DNA of 64,000 bases from Candidatus Omnitrophota bacterium. Lineage in GTDB: Bacteria > Omnitrophota > Gorgyraeia > 1-14-0-20-64-10. This document shows, piece by piece, positions 47,766 to 58,742 of this stretch. The notes under the pieces are model-generated. The model did no database searches, was not told the DNA's origin, and saw only the letters and a program-made list of their open reading frames with translations. The position numbers and the translations under genes were made by a program. Each line of letters starts with the position of its first letter. The stretch's first letter is position 1. The stretch covers positions 108-64,107 of the forward strand of contig JAHFFE010000003.1 of NCBI GenBank assembly GCA_023248155.1, read 5' to 3'.

Positions 47766-49309
47766 AGAGACGTGATTTAAGCCGGATTGACGGGCATTCA
47801 TTTGATCTGCTGGTCGTCGGCGGCGGTATTGTCGGGGCCGGTGTTGTTCGCGATGCCGCCGCGCGCGGGCTTTCCTGCGCGCTGGTCGATGCCGGTGATT
47901 TTGCTTCAGGCACATCCTCAAAAACAACCAAGCTGATTCATGGCGGCATCCGTTACCTGGAACAGTTTGATTTCGGACTGGTGCGCGAATCTCTGCGTGA
48001 ACGGGCGCTGCTGCTGAAGCTGGCGCCCCGCCTGGTCCAGCCGCTTCGCTTCCTGATTCCGGTTCGCGGCAATCGTCCCCGCCCATGGCCGTTAATCCGA
48101 GTCGGAATATGGTTGTATGACCGGCTGGCCGGAAAGTCAGTGCTGGAATCTTCCGCTGTTGTTGTTGGTAAAAAACTTTTCGAGATCGAACCAAAGCTGG
48201 CTTCCTCGGGAATTGAAAAAGCGGCGCTGTATTCGGATGCGCAGATGGATGATGTCCGCCTGGTGCTTGAAAATCTACGGCTGGCCGATGAAGCGGGTGC
48301 TGTGCTGGCGAACCATCTTCGTGTGCAGTCCTGGATCATTGAGCAGGGAAAAATTGCCGGCGCTGAATTAAAAGATGTTTTGACGGGCCGCATGCTTTCG
48401 GTCCGCGCGAAGGTAGTCGTGAATACGACGGGGCCGTGGGCTGACCGGTTGCGCCGGTTGGCTGAGCCTTCGTTGAAACCGCTGGTTCGTCCTTCGAAGG
48501 GAATTCATCTCGTTTATCCCGATCTCGGTTTCCGGCATGCGCTGCTGTTGTCGGCCCCGAAGGATGACCGCGTTTTCTTTTTGATCCCGTGGCGCGGCAT
48601 GTCACTGATTGGCACCACGGATACCGATTATGAAGGTGATCCTTCGGCTGTTTCTGCTGAAGCAGCGGATATCGATTATCTGATCCGTGAGACGAACGCT
48701 GTTTTGCCCGGTCTGGATCTTAGAAAAGAGCGGGTGATTGCGTCATTCGCCGGTGTTCGTCCGCTGGTGGCCGATGAAAAAAAAGATCCCTGGGCCGTCA
48801 GCCGTTCGCACAAGATCCATACCGATTCCAACGGGCTGATTACGATCGTTGGCGGGAAATTCACCACGTATCGCGCCATTGCGCAGGAAGCGGTCGATCA
48901 TCTGGATAGTTTGTTCAAGGAAAAACAGCTGGAGCTTTGCCATACGGCGATTTTTCCGCTCGGCTGTGCCGACGGCAACTGGCGCTCGCCGGAAATCCAA
49001 TCGTTGATGCAGGAATTATTAAAGAGCGGCGTTCTGCATCCGGCGCAGGGAAGCCGCCTCGTTCAGCGGTATGGCAAAGGGGCGCTTAAAATCTTTGAAT
49101 GGATAAAAGAAGATCCTTCGTCGGCTCAACTGCTTTGTCAGCACCACCCATTCATCCGCGCGGAGATCCGTTATGCCGCCGAGGAAGAGATGGCGATGAC
49201 GCGCGACGATATTTTGTCCCGTCGGCTGCAGGTAAGCCTGACTCCTTGCCGCGGCGACGATTTCCCTAGTTCTGTTATGGAAGGCCTTTTTTCGGGCAGA
49301 GCGTCCTGA
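47762..49309 (+). CDS. glpD: FAD-dependent glycerol-3-phosphate dehydrogenase
   Basis: GGGIVG, GTSSKTTKLIHGGIRYL, GVRPL, GGKFTTYR; ATGA overlap with glpK. Confidence 0.93.
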   Translation: MKRRDLSRIDGHSFDLLVVGGGIVGAGVVRDAAARGLSCALVDAGDFASGTSSKTTKLIHGGIRYLEQFDFGLVRESLRERALLLKLAPRLVQPLRFLIPVRGNRPRPWPLIRVGIWLYDRLAGKSVLESSAVVVGKKLFEIEPKLASSGIEKAALYSDAQMDDVRLVLENLRLADEAGAVLANHLRVQSWIIEQGKIAGAELKDVLTGRMLSVRAKVVVNTTGPWADRLRRLAEPSLKPLVRPSKGIHLVYPDLGFRHALLLSAPKDDRVFFLIPWRGMSLIGTTDTDYEGDPSAVSAEAADIDYLIRETNAVLPGLDLRKERVIASFAGVRPLVADEKKDPWAVSRSHKIHTDSNGLITIVGGKFTTYRAIAQEAVDHLDSLFKEKQLELCHTAIFPLGCADGNWRSPEIQSLMQELLKSGVLHPAQGSRLVQRYGKGALKIFEWIKEDPSSAQLLCQHHPFIRAEIRYAAEEEMAMTRDDILSRRLQVSLTPCRGDDFPSSVMEGLFSGRAS

Positions 49310-49907
49310 TCGGGCAGGCAAGACAGTCCGGTTTGGACGCTTTGCATATCCGGCGTCCGTGAAAAATCATCGTATGGGAAAAAGTGGTCCATTCTTTTTC
49401 GGGCAGCAGCTTCATCAGATCGGCTTCAATTTTGTCCGGATCATTCTCGCGCGATAAATCCATCCGGTTGCTTAACCGCCGCACATGCGTGTCGACGACG
49501 ATGCCCGGCACCCCGTACACATTCCCCAGGATCACGTTGGCCGTTTTTCTCCAGACACCCGGCAGCGTGATCAGATCTGCCATCTTCCGCGGCACTTTCC
49601 CTTTGAAGCGGGTTTCGATTTCGCGGCCGAGGTTCTGGATTGATTTGGCTTTTTGCTTGTAGAAACCGGTGGAATGTACCAGCGTTTCCAGTTCGGGCAG
49701 GGGGATCTTTCCGTAATCGGCGGCCGTTCTGCATTTTCTAAAAAGCGCCGGCGTTACTTTGTTAACCCGTTCATCGGTGCATTGCGCCGAAAGGACCGTG
49801 GCGACCAGCAGTTCCAGCGCGTTGGAATGGTTTAATGCGCAGTGCGCGTCGGGATGCGCTTTCTTCAGTCCAGCGGCAATGGCTTTTGCGCGGACGGGTG
49901 GGATCAT
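49275..49907 (-). CDS. nth: Endonuclease III
   Basis: LSAQCTD, LPGVWRKTANV, VDTHV, C-x6-C-x2-C-x5-C. Confidence 0.95.
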   Translation of the reverse strand: MIPPVRAKAIAAGLKKAHPDAHCALNHSNALELLVATVLSAQCTDERVNKVTPALFRKCRTAADYGKIPLPELETLVHSTGFYKQKAKSIQNLGREIETRFKGKVPRKMADLITLPGVWRKTANVILGNVYGVPGIVVDTHVRRLSNRMDLSRENDPDKIEADLMKLLPEKEWTTFSHTMIFHGRRICKASKPDCLACPIRTLCPKKGLP

Positions 49908-50809
49908 TCTTCGGTCAGCGAATATTTTAACGCGGTTTCCAGCTCGGCATATTTGAACCGGTAACCGGTGTTCTTGAGCCGTTTCGGTTCGACACGCGTG
50001 GAAGCCAGCAGCAGATCATCGCCCATCTGTCCGAATAATAGCCGTACGCCGAACACCGGCATCGGAATAATCGCAGGCCGTTTCAGAACGCGGCCCAGTG
50101 TTTGTGTAAAGTCGGCATTGGTCACCGGATTTGGCGAAACAATATTCAGTGGCCCGCGAACCGATTCGTTGGAAATGGAATGCAGTATCGCGCCGGCCAC
50201 GTCGGCGATCGAAACCCAGCTCATCCACTGTTTTCCACTTCCCAAAATTCCGCCGGCGCCCATCTTGAACGGCGGCAGCATCTGCGGCAGTGCTCCGCCT
50301 TTTCCGCTGAGCACAACGCCAAACCGCAGGTTAACAACACGGATTCCTTTATCGGCGGCGGGCGAGCAGGCGCCCTCCCATTCAACGCCGGTCTCCGGTA
50401 GAAATCCTGTTCCGGGCGCGCTTTCTTCGGTCAGCGTTTCCTCGCCGCGTTCGCCATAAATGCCGATGGCCGACGCGCATAAAAAGGATTTGGGCGGGGA
50501 AGCCAGTTTCGCCAATGACTCGGCCAGGAAACGGGTTCCTTTCACGCGGCTGTCCCGAATCTGCGCTTTTTTTTCGGCTGTCCACCGGCCATGCGCGATC
50601 GGATCGCCGGCCAGATGAATCACGGCATCAAATCCTTCCAGCTGTTTCAAATCAATGACGCGCGCGACCGGGTTCCATAAAATTTGGGGATAAGAAACCG
50701 GATGTTTTGATCGGCCCAGTCCGGTGACCGAATGTTTTTGCGCCAGCAGCGCCTGCGTGAGCGCGGTTCCAATTAATCCTGTCGATCCTGAAATCAGTAT
50801 TTTAGCCAT
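49904..50809 (-). CDS. TIGR01777-family epimerase/oxidoreductase (YfcH-like)
   Basis: GSTGLIG, RWT...K..I..SR, SAIGIYG, G.QWMSW. Confidence 0.88.
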   Translation of the reverse strand: MAKILISGSTGLIGTALTQALLAQKHSVTGLGRSKHPVSYPQILWNPVARVIDLKQLEGFDAVIHLAGDPIAHGRWTAEKKAQIRDSRVKGTRFLAESLAKLASPPKSFLCASAIGIYGERGEETLTEESAPGTGFLPETGVEWEGACSPAADKGIRVVNLRFGVVLSGKGGALPQMLPPFKMGAGGILGSGKQWMSWVSIADVAGAILHSISNESVRGPLNIVSPNPVTNADFTQTLGRVLKRPAIIPMPVFGVRLLFGQMGDDLLLASTRVEPKRLKNTGYRFKYAELETALKYSLTEE

Positions 50810-50852
50810 GCGGCTATTTTAGCAAGTTTCTCTGGTAAAATATCTTTCTCCG

Positions 50853-51878
50853 ATGAAAGCAGTCTATTTCGAAAAAACAGGCGGTTCCGATGTTCTCCGG
50901 CATGGAGAACTGCCGACGCCGAATTTTGGAACCCAGGAAGCGCTGATCCGCGTTGAGGCCTGCGGCGTCAATCATCTCGATTTGTGGGTGCGCGGCGGTC
51001 TGCCGGCGCCGATCCCATATCCGCATATCGGCGGATGCGAAATCGTCGGCCGCGTGGCGGCGAAAGGGCCGGGTGCGCGCGGCATCAAGATCGGCCAGCG
51101 GGTTCTGGTCGCTCCCGGCATTTCCTGCGGAAAATGTTCAGCCTGCAAATCAAACCGCGACAGTCAGTGCCCCCAATTTAAAATCGTCGGTTTCCAGATC
51201 AACGGCGGGTTTGCCGAATACGCGGCGGTGCCCGCGAAAAATCTGATTCCGGTTTCCGGCCGCTGGACGCCCGAGCAATGGGCCGCGACGCCTCTGGTTT
51301 TTCTGACGGCCTGGCATATGCTGGTGACGCGGGCTGGTCTAAAGAAAAAAGAAACTGTTCTGGTGCAGGGCGCCGGATCGGGCATCGGCACCGCCGCGAT
51401 TCAGGTGGCGAAATATCTGGGCGCGCGCGTGATCGCCGTGGCCGGGTCCGATGAGAAACTCAAGAAGGCTCGCGCGCTGGGCGCCGATTTTACCGTTAAC
51501 TACGCAAAATCTGATTTCGCGAAAGAAGTTCTGAAAACAACCAAAGATCGCGGCGTCGATGTGGTGTTCGAGCATGTCGGGCCGGCCACTTGGGCCGGTT
51601 CAATACGCTGTCTTGGTCGCGGCGGCCGCCTGGTCACCTGCGGCGCGACGACCGGTCCAAAAGTGGAGCTCGATCTGCGCTTTTTCTATACGAAAGAAAT
51701 AAGCGTTACCGGCTGCTACATGGGATCGCGCAAAGAACTCAATGCAGTATTGGCGCTGCTCGCCAAAGGAAAATTAAAACCGGTGGTGGGCCAGGTTTTT
51801 CCGCTCGCGGAAACGGCCAAGGCCCAAACCACGATGGAAAACCGAAACTTTTTCGGCAAACTGGTAATTAAGGTTTAA
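50853..51878 (+). CDS. Zinc-binding alcohol dehydrogenase family oxidoreductase
   Basis: NHLD, CGKCSAC.......C, GAGSGIG, FGKLV. Confidence 0.9.
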   Translation: MKAVYFEKTGGSDVLRHGELPTPNFGTQEALIRVEACGVNHLDLWVRGGLPAPIPYPHIGGCEIVGRVAAKGPGARGIKIGQRVLVAPGISCGKCSACKSNRDSQCPQFKIVGFQINGGFAEYAAVPAKNLIPVSGRWTPEQWAATPLVFLTAWHMLVTRAGLKKKETVLVQGAGSGIGTAAIQVAKYLGARVIAVAGSDEKLKKARALGADFTVNYAKSDFAKEVLKTTKDRGVDVVFEHVGPATWAGSIRCLGRGGRLVTCGATTGPKVELDLRFFYTKEISVTGCYMGSRKELNAVLALLAKGKLKPVVGQVFPLAETAKAQTTMENRNFFGKLVIKV

Positions 51879-51890
51879 GGAAGGAATAGA

Positions 51891-52964
51891 ATGGCTGTTA
51901 CTGAAAAGCAGATTATGGATGCGCTCCGGCAGGTGAAAGATCCTGAGTTGGGCCGCGATGTGATTACGCTGGGCATGATCAAAGATTTAACCGTTTCCGG
52001 CGGCAAAGTATCGCTGACGCTTGAATTGACCACGCCGGCTTGTCCGGTGCGCGAAACATTCGAGCAGGATCTGAAAACCGCGCTGGCCGCGGTACCGGGT
52101 GTTACCGAGATCGAACTAAAAACGACGGCGCAGGTTCGCTCGGTCGCCGCGTTTGGTTCGCAATCGATCGCGGGCGTCAGTAATGTGATCGCGATTGCCA
52201 GCGGCAAGGGCGGCGTCGGAAAATCGACGGTCAGTGTGAATCTGGCGGTGGCGTTGGCGCGCGACGGCGCGCGCGTCGGGTTGATGGATGCCGACATCTA
52301 CGGGCCGAACATTCCGTTGATGATGGGACTGACCCAGCTTCCTGCGTTGAGCGGCGACAAAATTGTTCCGGCGGAGAACTTCGGTGTGAAAGTAATGTCG
52401 ATGGGATTTCTGGTAAAGCCGGATGAGGCGATTATCTGGCGCGGGCCGATGCTGCACGGCGCGATCAGTAAATTTTTAAAAGAGGTAGTCTGGGGCGAAC
52501 TCGATTATCTTTTGGTGGATCTTCCTCCGGGAACCGGAGATGTGCAGTTGTCACTGTCCCAGGTGATCGCGATGAGCGGCGCGCTGATTGTGACCACGCC
52601 TCAGGATGTGGCGCTGATGGATGTGCGCAAATCGATCACGATGTTTGAAAAGGTGAAGGTTCCTTTGCTGGGCGTCGTCGAGAATATGTCGTCGTTCATC
52701 TGCCCGCACTGCAACAAAGCTACCGATATTTTTGATAAGGGCGGCGGCGTGCGCGCAGCCGAACAGATGAAAATTCCGTTTCTGGGTGAAATTCCGCTGC
52801 TGCTGCAGGTAAGGGAAGGTTCCGACTCGGGGCATCCGGTGGTTTTGACCCATCCCGATTCGCCGGCCTCGCAGGCGTTCGTGCAAATTGCCCGCCGTCT
52901 GGCTGCCCGCGTCAGCGTATTGGCTGCTGCCGCGCCCGCTGCCGATCCCGTCTGGAAAACATAA
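51891..52964 (+). CDS. apbC: Mrp/ApbC Fe-S cluster carrier ATPase
   Basis: LTTPACP, SGKGGVGKS, WRGPM, DLPPGTGD, CPHC. Confidence 0.93.
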   Translation: MAVTEKQIMDALRQVKDPELGRDVITLGMIKDLTVSGGKVSLTLELTTPACPVRETFEQDLKTALAAVPGVTEIELKTTAQVRSVAAFGSQSIAGVSNVIAIASGKGGVGKSTVSVNLAVALARDGARVGLMDADIYGPNIPLMMGLTQLPALSGDKIVPAENFGVKVMSMGFLVKPDEAIIWRGPMLHGAISKFLKEVVWGELDYLLVDLPPGTGDVQLSLSQVIAMSGALIVTTPQDVALMDVRKSITMFEKVKVPLLGVVENMSSFICPHCNKATDIFDKGGGVRAAEQMKIPFLGEIPLLLQVREGSDSGHPVVLTHPDSPASQAFVQIARRLAARVSVLAAAAPAADPVWKT

Positions 52965-52991
52965 ACCGACGGCGCATGTTATAATAAAAAA

Positions 52992-53363
52992 ATGGATTCC
53001 GAGGAGTCAGTAAGGCAGGACGGCACCCGGCCCGTACTTCAGCCGGGACATATGATTGTGTATGTCGATACCGGCGGCACGGTTTGTCCGAAGAAAAGTT
53101 CTAAAATAATCTTTGAACGGTTTACGGCGCTGATTCGCGAACGGCATTTGTCCGACCGCATTCGTGTGATTGAGCGGGGTTGTTTCGGCCTCTGCAAGAT
53201 TGCCCCAAACGCCTATATTGAGCCGGACGAAATCTGGTATTCTCAGTTTCACCTGGAAGATGTTGATGAGATTGTCGAGAAGCATTTGATTGGGGGCGAG
53301 CCGGTTCTGCATTTGATAGAATATCCTAAACGGCGGGTTCCCCGCAAAAAACGAGGAGCGTAA
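52992..53363 (+). CDS. Thioredoxin-like [2Fe-2S] ferredoxin domain protein
   Basis: GCFGLC..AP...EPD..WY...IVEKHL.GGEPV. Confidence 0.75.
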   Translation: MDSEESVRQDGTRPVLQPGHMIVYVDTGGTVCPKKSSKIIFERFTALIRERHLSDRIRVIERGCFGLCKIAPNAYIEPDEIWYSQFHLEDVDEIVEKHLIGGEPVLHLIEYPKRRVPRKKRGA

Positions 53364-53365
53364 AA

Positions 53366-53839
53366 GTGTCTGAATCATGCTGCGGTTCTGCTCATGGAGT
53401 TGAAGTAGGAAGTGTCGCCCCAGATTTTACCGTTAAGGATCAGGACGGAAATCCGGTCACGCTCTCAAGTTTCGCCGGCAAGAAAACCGTCGTATTGGCT
53501 TTCTATCCGTTTGACTGGAGCCCGGTCTGCACGGGTGAGAATTGCGCGATCAGCGAAGATCTGCCCAAGTTCGACGACAAGGACACGGTTGTGTTCGGCA
53601 TCAGCTGCGACTCGCATTTTTCGCACAAGGCCTGGAAAGAAAAGCTGGGATTGAAGCAGTCTCTGCTGAGCGACCAGAAGCGCGAAGTGGCCAAGAAGTA
53701 CGGCCTTTTTCTGGAAGATTTCAACTGCAGCAAGCGCGCGACGATTATCGTCGGCAAAGACGGGAAAGTGATCTTCAAGAAAGTCCAGGAGATCAAGGTA
53801 CCCCGGAGCAATCAGGAAATTCTCTCCGCGATCAAGTAA
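53366..53839 (+). CDS. Peroxiredoxin (AhpE/BCP-like)
   Basis: APDF, FYPFDWSPVCTGE, RATII; GTG start after GAGGAG. Confidence 0.88.
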   Translation: MSESCCGSAHGVEVGSVAPDFTVKDQDGNPVTLSSFAGKKTVVLAFYPFDWSPVCTGENCAISEDLPKFDDKDTVVFGISCDSHFSHKAWKEKLGLKQSLLSDQKREVAKKYGLFLEDFNCSKRATIIVGKDGKVIFKKVQEIKVPRSNQEILSAIK

Positions 53840-53842
53840 ACA

Positions 53843-56272
53843 ATGTCCGAGATTTTGTTCCGTCCAACGGAAGATCAGATTCTCGAGCAGGAGGTTCGCC
53901 GGCACGTCGCGGTAACCACCTGGGATAAGCTGATTTCCATGCTCGACCCGGTTTATAACTGGGGCCGCAGCAACTCCGTCTGGCCGCTGCAATTCGGTCT
54001 GGCCTGCTGTGCGATCGAAATGATCTGCACGGCGGCCAGCCGGTTTGACATCGCACGGTTCGGCGCGGAACTGTTTCGCGCCTCTCCGCGTCAGGCCGAT
54101 CTGATGATCGTCTCAGGGACCGTCACCAAGAAAATGGTCCCGATGATCGTCCGCCTCTACAATCAGATGCCGGAACCGAAGTATCTGATTTCGATGGGCG
54201 CCTGCGCCAGTGCCGGAGGTCCTTTCAAGGAAGGGTACAATGTCGTTTCCGGCATCGACAAGTTTTTGCCCGTCGATGTCTATATCCCGGGCTGCCCTCC
54301 GACGCCGCAGGCGTTGCTGAACGGTTTGATCACGCTGCAGGAAAAAATCCACGGACAAAAAATCTCGACGGCGCGCTGGTATTCGGAAGGCCCGGGGCAG
54401 GAAGTTCCGGTTCCTTTGCTGGGTCCCGATTTAATTGATACGCGCCGCAATCAGGAAATCAAAGAAATCTGCGCGCTTCCCGAACCGGCCAAGCCGGCCG
54501 TTCTTCCTTCCTATATAACGGCTCCCAAACTGACACCGACTGAGGCCGAGGGTGCATCTGCTGCGGCGGTCGCTTTGGCGGCGCGATTAAACAAGGCCGT
54601 GGGGGATGGCTCGGTAACGCTATCCGGCAGCGCTCTGCTGGTAACGCCCGCTTCATTGCAGGCTGTGGCCTCTTACTTGAAACTGCAGCCGGATCTGAAA
54701 TTAAATTATCTGACCAATCTGACCTGTGTCGATTATCAGGACTGTTTCGAGGTGGTTTATCATCTGCAGTCGTTGCCAGGCACCGGCGCTCCGTTGGCAT
54801 TGAAAGTACGCGCCGACAAAACCGACCCGCGTGTTCCGACGGTCATGGGCATATGGCCCGGCGCCGATTTTCAGGAGCGGGAAGTCTTCGATATGTTCGG
54901 CGTCCGTTTTGAAGGTCATCCGAATCTGAAACGAATCCTGATGTGGGATGGCTTTCATGGGTACCCTCTGCGCAAAGATTATCTTGAGGCTTACTATGAA
55001 GCCCCCGGCAAAATCTTCCCGAGCCGCTGGAAAGAAGGGCACCATCAGCGCGCCGAGGAAAAAGCCCGGTTCGGCGATAACTTAAAATATCCGAATGGTT
55101 TTGATCCGGCATTGTTCCAGCCGGCCAAGGAATCGTTCGCGGCGGGGACGCCGGCGGTTGCCGACGGCATCCGGACCGATGATCTGGTGATCAACCTGGG
55201 ACCGCAGCACCCGTCGACGCACGGCGTTTTCCGCATGAAGATCCGCGTGGACGGCGAACGAATCCTGGCGCTCGAGCCGGTCATGGGCTACATGCACCGC
55301 AACCATGAGAAGATCGGCGAGCGCAACAACTACCTGATGATTTTCCCGTATACCGACCGCCTCGACTACATTTGCTCAATGGGCAATAACTTCGGTTACG
55401 CGCTGGCCGTCGAGAAACTGTTGAATGTCAAGCCGACCGAGCGCGCCGAATATATCCGCGTGATCATGGCCGAGCTGACCCGCATCGTCAGTCATTTCTG
55501 GGCCGTTGGATTTTTATTGAACGACCTGGGTGCTTTTTTTACGCCGGCGCTGTACGCGATTGAAGAACGGGAATTGATACTCGATCTGTTTGAGATGGCC
55601 TCGGGTTCGCGCATGATGTGCAATTATTTCCGGTTTGGAGGCGTTGCGGCCGATCTGCCCGCGGAATTTTTGCCGATGGCCAAAGCACTGGTCAATGACC
55701 GCATCCCGAAGGCGATCGAGCTGATGGACAACTATCTCGCCAAAAATGAAATCTTACTGAATCGATGCCGCGGCGTCGGCGTTCTGCCGAAAGACGCGGC
55801 GATCGCTTATTCGGCCGCCGGTCCGGTACTGCGCGCTTCCGGTGTGTCGTATGATTTGCGCAAGGCCGATCCGTACTCGATCTATGACCGGTTTGATTTC
55901 GATGTTCCGACGGCGCAGGAGGGCGATGTTTACGCGCGCTACCGCGTCCGGATCGCCGAGATGTGGGAATCGCTCAAGATTTTACGCAAAGCGCTGGCCG
56001 AAATTCCGGCCGGTGAGATTCAGGCCGGAAAGAAATTGTGGAACATCCGAGTTCCGGCCGGCGAATCGTACGGCCGCGTCGAGAATCCAAAAGGCGAGCT
56101 GGGCTACTATATTGTTTCCGACGGCACCGATCATCCGTACCGTTACCATGTGCGCGCGCCGTCGTTCATCAACCTGACGGCACTCGAAAAAATGTGCAAG
56201 GGGCACCTGGTCGCTGATGTGGTGGCGATCCTCGGTTCCATCGACATTGTGCTCGGGGAGACCGACCGGTGA
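53843..56272 (+). CDS. Fused NADH-quinone oxidoreductase subunits B/C/D (second copy)
   Basis: [14 protein letters not shown] (B), EREVFDMFG...YPLRKD (C), [11 protein letters not shown]...GETDR (D). Confidence 0.94.
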   Translation: MSEILFRPTEDQILEQEVRRHVAVTTWDKLISMLDPVYNWGRSNSVWPLQFGLACCAIEMICTAASRFDIARFGAELFRASPRQADLMIVSGTVTKKMVPMIVRLYNQMPEPKYLISMGACASAGGPFKEGYNVVSGIDKFLPVDVYIPGCPPTPQALLNGLITLQEKIHGQKISTARWYSEGPGQEVPVPLLGPDLIDTRRNQEIKEICALPEPAKPAVLPSYITAPKLTPTEAEGASAAAVALAARLNKAVGDGSVTLSGSALLVTPASLQAVASYLKLQPDLKLNYLTNLTCVDYQDCFEVVYHLQSLPGTGAPLALKVRADKTDPRVPTVMGIWPGADFQEREVFDMFGVRFEGHPNLKRILMWDGFHGYPLRKDYLEAYYEAPGKIFPSRWKEGHHQRAEEKARFGDNLKYPNGFDPALFQPAKESFAAGTPAVADGIRTDDLVINLGPQHPSTHGVFRMKIRVDGERILALEPVMGYMHRNHEKIGERNNYLMIFPYTDRLDYICSMGNNFGYALAVEKLLNVKPTERAEYIRVIMAELTRIVSHFWAVGFLLNDLGAFFTPALYAIEERELILDLFEMASGSRMMCNYFRFGGVAADLPAEFLPMAKALVNDRIPKAIELMDNYLAKNEILLNRCRGVGVLPKDAAIAYSAAGPVLRASGVSYDLRKADPYSIYDRFDFDVPTAQEGDVYARYRVRIAEMWESLKILRKALAEIPAGEIQAGKKLWNIRVPAGESYGRVENPKGELGYYIVSDGTDHPYRYHVRAPSFINLTALEKMCKGHLVADVVAILGSIDIVLGETDR

Positions 56273-56919
56273 AAATCTACGGCCTTGAGCTTTTGCGCGG
56301 CCTCGGCATCACGATGGGCCGGTTTATCGCCACCTATACGGTTGGGTTCAAGCGCACTTTTGTAAACCGCAACCGCGGTTCATTCCGCCAGAGCGCCTCG
56401 GAAAAAGGCGTTTTCACGGTTCAGTATCCCGAAGAACGGCTCAAGCCGCCCGAGCGGTTCCGCGTTCTTCCGGTTCTGATTTACGACGGGAAAAAGGGGG
56501 ATACGCGAACGCAGCAGGCCGAACGCTGCACCTCGTGCGGCATCTGCGCGAAAGTTTGTCCTCCGCAGTGCATCTGGATCGTGCAGGCCAAAGATGCCGC
56601 CGGTAAGGCAATTCCGAAAGCGGCTGAATTCTCAATCGATACCGATGTCTGCATGAACTGTGGTTTCTGCGCAGAGTTCTGTCCGTTCGACGCGATCAAG
56701 ATGGACCATGATTTTGAATTAAGCAACGGCGAGCGCCATCAATCCCACATCTTTGACATCAACAAACTGCATGTTTCCACCGAATATTATGCCGAGACAC
56801 ATCCGATCGCCTGGGCCGAAGAGCAGGCGCGCAAGAAAGCCGATGCCGAGAGAAAAGCCGCCGCTGCAGCAGCCGCTGCGGCCGCGGCCAAGAAAGCCGC
56901 CGAGACACCGCCGCAATGA
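56269..56919 (+). CDS. nuoI: NADH-quinone oxidoreductase subunit I (second copy)
   Basis: [31 protein letters not shown]. Confidence 0.92.
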   Translation: MKIYGLELLRGLGITMGRFIATYTVGFKRTFVNRNRGSFRQSASEKGVFTVQYPEERLKPPERFRVLPVLIYDGKKGDTRTQQAERCTSCGICAKVCPPQCIWIVQAKDAAGKAIPKAAEFSIDTDVCMNCGFCAEFCPFDAIKMDHDFELSNGERHQSHIFDINKLHVSTEYYAETHPIAWAEEQARKKADAERKAAAAAAAAAAAKKAAETPPQ

Positions 56920-57278
56920 CAAATCAGCTGACCTACTGTTTTCTAGGAATTTTTCTGCTGGCCGCGCTGGTAGTTCCGCTGCTGCCGATTGTATTGGCGC
57001 GGTTTGTCGCGCCCAAGAAGCCGGGACTGACCAAGAACCAGGTTTACGAATGCGGCATGGAAACCGAAGGGGATACCTGGGTCCAGTTCCGCATGCATTA
57101 CTATCTGTTCGCAATTTTATTTGTCGTCTTTGATGTCGAGGCGCTCTTTCTGTTTCCGTGGGCGTTGGTTTTTCGCTGGGGCGGATGGACAGGTCTTGCG
57201 GCGATTACTGTGTTTGTCGGAATTTTGCTGGCCGGCCTGGTCTATGCCTGGCAGGAAAATGTTCTGGAGTGGGAATGA
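56916..57278 (+). CDS. nuoA: NADH-quinone oxidoreductase subunit A (second copy)
   Basis: YECG, FVVFDVE, LEWE. Confidence 0.93.
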   Translation: MTNQLTYCFLGIFLLAALVVPLLPIVLARFVAPKKPGLTKNQVYECGMETEGDTWVQFRMHYYLFAILFVVFDVEALFLFPWALVFRWGGWTGLAAITVFVGILLAGLVYAWQENVLEWE

Positions 57279-58378
57279 TGCCTGACTTGACCTGGCTGAT
57301 GACGGTAATCCGCCTGCTGATTCCGGCGATAATCATTCTGGCGGTTGCTCCGGTGGGAATGATGTACCTGACCTGGCTCGAACGCAAAGTAATTGCCCGC
57401 ATCCAGGGCCGCGTCGGTCCGAATCGTGTCGGCCCCTATGGGTTGCTGCAGCCATTGGCCGATGGCGTTAAAATGCTGACCAAAGAAGATCTCATTCCGC
57501 GCGGCGCCGATGTACTGTGCCATTTTCTGGCGCCTATCCTGATTGTGGTGCCGGCGTTGTTTCTGTTTACTGTGCTGCCGATCGGCCCAACGCTGGTGGC
57601 TGCGCCGTTAACGACCGGGCTGCTTTTCTTCGTCGCGGTCGGATCGGTCGGAACACTGGCGATCTTTGCGGCGGGGTGGGGCTCGCGCAATAAATTCGCG
57701 CTGTTGGGCGCCACGCGTTCGGCCGCTCAACTGGCCGCCTATGAAGTGCCGCTCGTTTTAAGTCTTGCCGTGATTCCGTTGATGACCGGTTCTTTGAATA
57801 TGACCGAGATTGTTCAGGCCCAGCAGGCGAAATGGTTCGTATTCACACCATGGGGACTGACCGGATTCATCCTGATTTTAATTACGGGTCTGGCTGAAGT
57901 GAACCGCACGCCGTTCGATCTTCCCGAGGCCGAGTCGGAAATTATCGGCGGGTTCCATACCGAATACAGCGGCATGAAATTCGCGCTGTTTTATATGGCT
58001 GAATTTTTGGGTACGCTGGCGCTCGGCATGCTGGCCAGTGTTTTATTTTTGGGCGGCTGGCATGGCCCGTTTTTACCGGGGCCGGTCTGGCTGCTGCTCA
58101 AAACCTTTTCTATTATTTTCTTCGCGATCTGGGTGCGCGGCACCTGGCCGCGTTTTCGCGTGGATCATTTGATGGAATTTGCCTGGAAGGTGCTGCTGCC
58201 GCTGGCTCTGTCGAATTTATTGGGTGCGGCTTTTTGCGCGCTGAAGGGCGGGTGGATCGGCAATATTGTGGCGACCGCACTTCCAATAAGTGTTTTTCTG
58301 CTGACCACGCAGTTATGGCTGAAGCCGAGGCCCCGTCCGACGACCGCGTGGATTGAGACGAATTCTCAGAGTAATTGA
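57275..58378 (+). CDS. nuoH: NADH-quinone oxidoreductase subunit H (second copy)
   Basis: ERK...QGRVGPNRVGP, NRTPFDLPEAESE, PRFRVD; ATG 57275. Confidence 0.94.
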   Translation: MMPDLTWLMTVIRLLIPAIIILAVAPVGMMYLTWLERKVIARIQGRVGPNRVGPYGLLQPLADGVKMLTKEDLIPRGADVLCHFLAPILIVVPALFLFTVLPIGPTLVAAPLTTGLLFFVAVGSVGTLAIFAAGWGSRNKFALLGATRSAAQLAAYEVPLVLSLAVIPLMTGSLNMTEIVQAQQAKWFVFTPWGLTGFILILITGLAEVNRTPFDLPEAESEIIGGFHTEYSGMKFALFYMAEFLGTLALGMLASVLFLGGWHGPFLPGPVWLLLKTFSIIFFAIWVRGTWPRFRVDHLMEFAWKVLLPLALSNLLGAAFCALKGGWIGNIVATALPISVFLLTTQLWLKPRPRPTTAWIETNSQSN

Positions 58379-58430
58379 CAATCCGGCGCAATTTTAGGAT
58401 AGTAGTACAAATACGAGGAGGAATTAGAGA

Positions 58431-58742
58431 ATGGCTTATGTGATCGCGGCCAAATGTTTGGGAGAACAGTACGCGCAGTGCGTCGAAGTTTGTCCCGTTG
58501 ACTGCATCTATCCGGGTGATTACAAGGGCGAGACCTTCATGGTCATCGATCCCGAGATTTGCATCACCTGCGGCGCCTGCTTGCCGGTCTGCCCGGTCGG
58601 TGCCATCGTTGAAAGCGAAGATTTTGATCCGGAATACGCGAAGGTCAACAAGGATCTGTCTCCTGAGTATAAGGGTCACGCCAAAGTGACTCCCCGCCCG
58701 AGCAACGATCCTCCTCGGAAGCCGGGCAACAAGCTCGTTTAA
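58431..58742 (+). CDS. Dicluster (7Fe/8Fe-type) ferredoxin
   Basis: MAYVI...CVEVCPVDCI...IDPEICITCGACLPVCPVGAI; GAGGAGG SD; TTGACA at 58375. Confidence 0.93.
   Translation: MAYVIAAKCLGEQYAQCVEVCPVDCIYPGDYKGETFMVIDPEICITCGACLPVCPVGAIVESEDFDPEYAKVNKDLSPEYKGHAKVTPRPSNDPPRKPGNKLV

Noticed and set aside
56860-56905. GCC/GCT-rich run at the end of the second nuoI as a DNA repeat
   Set aside because: It encodes a poly-Ala tail; not a separate element.
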